A DNA stretch of 64,000 nt from Phoronis australis (Eukaryota; Animalia; Phoronida): assembly GCA_002633005.1 (NCBI GenBank), contig NMRA01000102.1:788345-852344 (forward strand), given 5' to 3'. A program made the translations under genes and the position numbers. Positions within the stretch are counted from its first letter, which is position 1; each line of letters opens with the position of its first letter. This document shows, in pieces, positions 63,071 through 64,000 of this stretch. The notes under the pieces were generated by a model, which was given only the letters and a program-made list of their open reading frames with translations, searched no databases and had not been told where the DNA came from.

Positions 63071-64000
63071 CTATACCGATTCCTCTGGATACGTCAATCG
63101 CAGTCTCGTCTGAAACGCTAAAATCTTTGCAGTTAACTCTGTTTGGAAGTCTTTGCTGTCCTTTCTGCGGCCAGTTCTCTGTACAGGTGGCTCTGCTGTT
63201 GACCGACAATGCTCACGTGGCCACGTTCCAACTTTCACATCAGGTAACCGTGGAGGCACGGGAATCCTTGGCACGGGAGTGGTAAAGTAATCCTCAACGG
63301 ACTCTTCAGTATTCCAAGTGTCCATGCGCAAACCAGTGTTTTGTAATTCTATTACATTGGGAGAATTTACACCCAAATCCAATTGCCGATCATCATGGAT
63401 CGTAGATTCGTTGCTATTTTCACAACCATTGTCTGGTTTGTCGATTGCTTCTTTGCCTTCATCGCAAACACTTTCGTTAATGCGTGTGTCTGTGTTAGGC
63501 TCTCTCGTTGTGGTAGAGGATTGGGTTAGGACGTCCGTGTCTTCGAAGCTGTCGTTTACATAACAGGTATCATTGCCTTTGTACAAAATAAGATCATCGC
63601 CTCTTGGTGCGAGTTTATGGTCTAAACTGCCGTATTCGACTGCTCGAACCTCACTACTGTCAGGTTCCTCCATACTATCAGTTCCTCCATTCTCGAGCTC
63701 ATCCTTACCGTTGGTAAGCATTATGCTAATCGGTGTTAAGTCTGCTTCGTTCCCATTGATACAGATAATTGGTATACCCGAGTTCCGGGGGACAGTAACC
63801 TCAGCTGCAATAGGCTTGCTTTCGTCATCATCAAATTTCAACTCAATTACAGTGACATTGTTCACATCATAACGTACATTACTTAGGTAGTTGGATGCGA
63901 CAAGGTTGTCCTCCGACACCCACGCTTTCGCGTCTTCCTTTACAGTCCCTCTGAATAGTCGCTGCCGCCTCAGCTTTTCGAGTCCAGTCGCTATTTGCCT
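63071..64000 (-). CDS. Terminal coding exon of an unidentified gene (at least 309 codons; acidic, Ser/Thr/Asn-rich, probably disordered), open to the window edge
   Basis: The 282-aa ORF in the track extends without a stop to 64000 (RQIATGLEKLRRQRLFRGTVKEDAKAW...). It is by far the longest ORF in this AT-rich window. No recognisable domain. Confidence 0.65.
   Translation of the reverse strand, partial: RQIATGLEKLRRQRLFRGTVKEDAKAWVSEDNLVASNYLSNVRYDVNNVTVIELKFDDDESKPIAAEVTVPRNSGIPIICINGNEADLTPISIMLTNGKDELENGGTDSMEEPDSSEVRAVEYGSLDHKLAPRGDDLILYKGNDTCYVNDSFEDTDVLTQSSTTTREPNTDTRINESVCDEGKEAIDKPDNGCENSNESTIHDDRQLDLGVNSPNVIELQNTGLRMDTWNTEESVEDYFTTPVPRIPVPPRLPDVKVGTWPREHCRSTAEPPVQRTGRRKDSKDFQTELTAKILAFQTRLRLTYPEESV

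Overview
AT-rich, intron-containing animal (most likely marine invertebrate) genomic DNA. Host genes: two exons of a GPR157/slime-mould cAMP-receptor-like GPCR (minus, 4128-6113); a complete 13-coding-exon SLC6 Na+/Cl- amino-acid transporter, glycine-transporter-like (plus, 29425-46260, 637 aa); a 4-exon TMEM272-like tetraspan protein with PY motifs and a Thr-rich loop (plus, 50952-60954, 315 aa); and an acidic ORF running off the right edge (minus). Mobile DNA: a decayed L1/Tx1 LINE, a solo LTR, tRNA-derived SINEs, Academ and Penelope fragments, MITEs, and Helentron/HINE-like elements with about 145-bp repeats that carry CTCF-like motifs. The most striking structure is a 4.1-kb miniature Polinton/Maverick (adintovirus-like) relic at 23161-27265: two 1.4-kb inverted repeats enclose only a major capsid protein C-terminus and an adenain protease pseudogene. 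A 1.6-kb tandem duplication split by a single N is probably an assembly artefact. All calls are by eye; no database searches were run.
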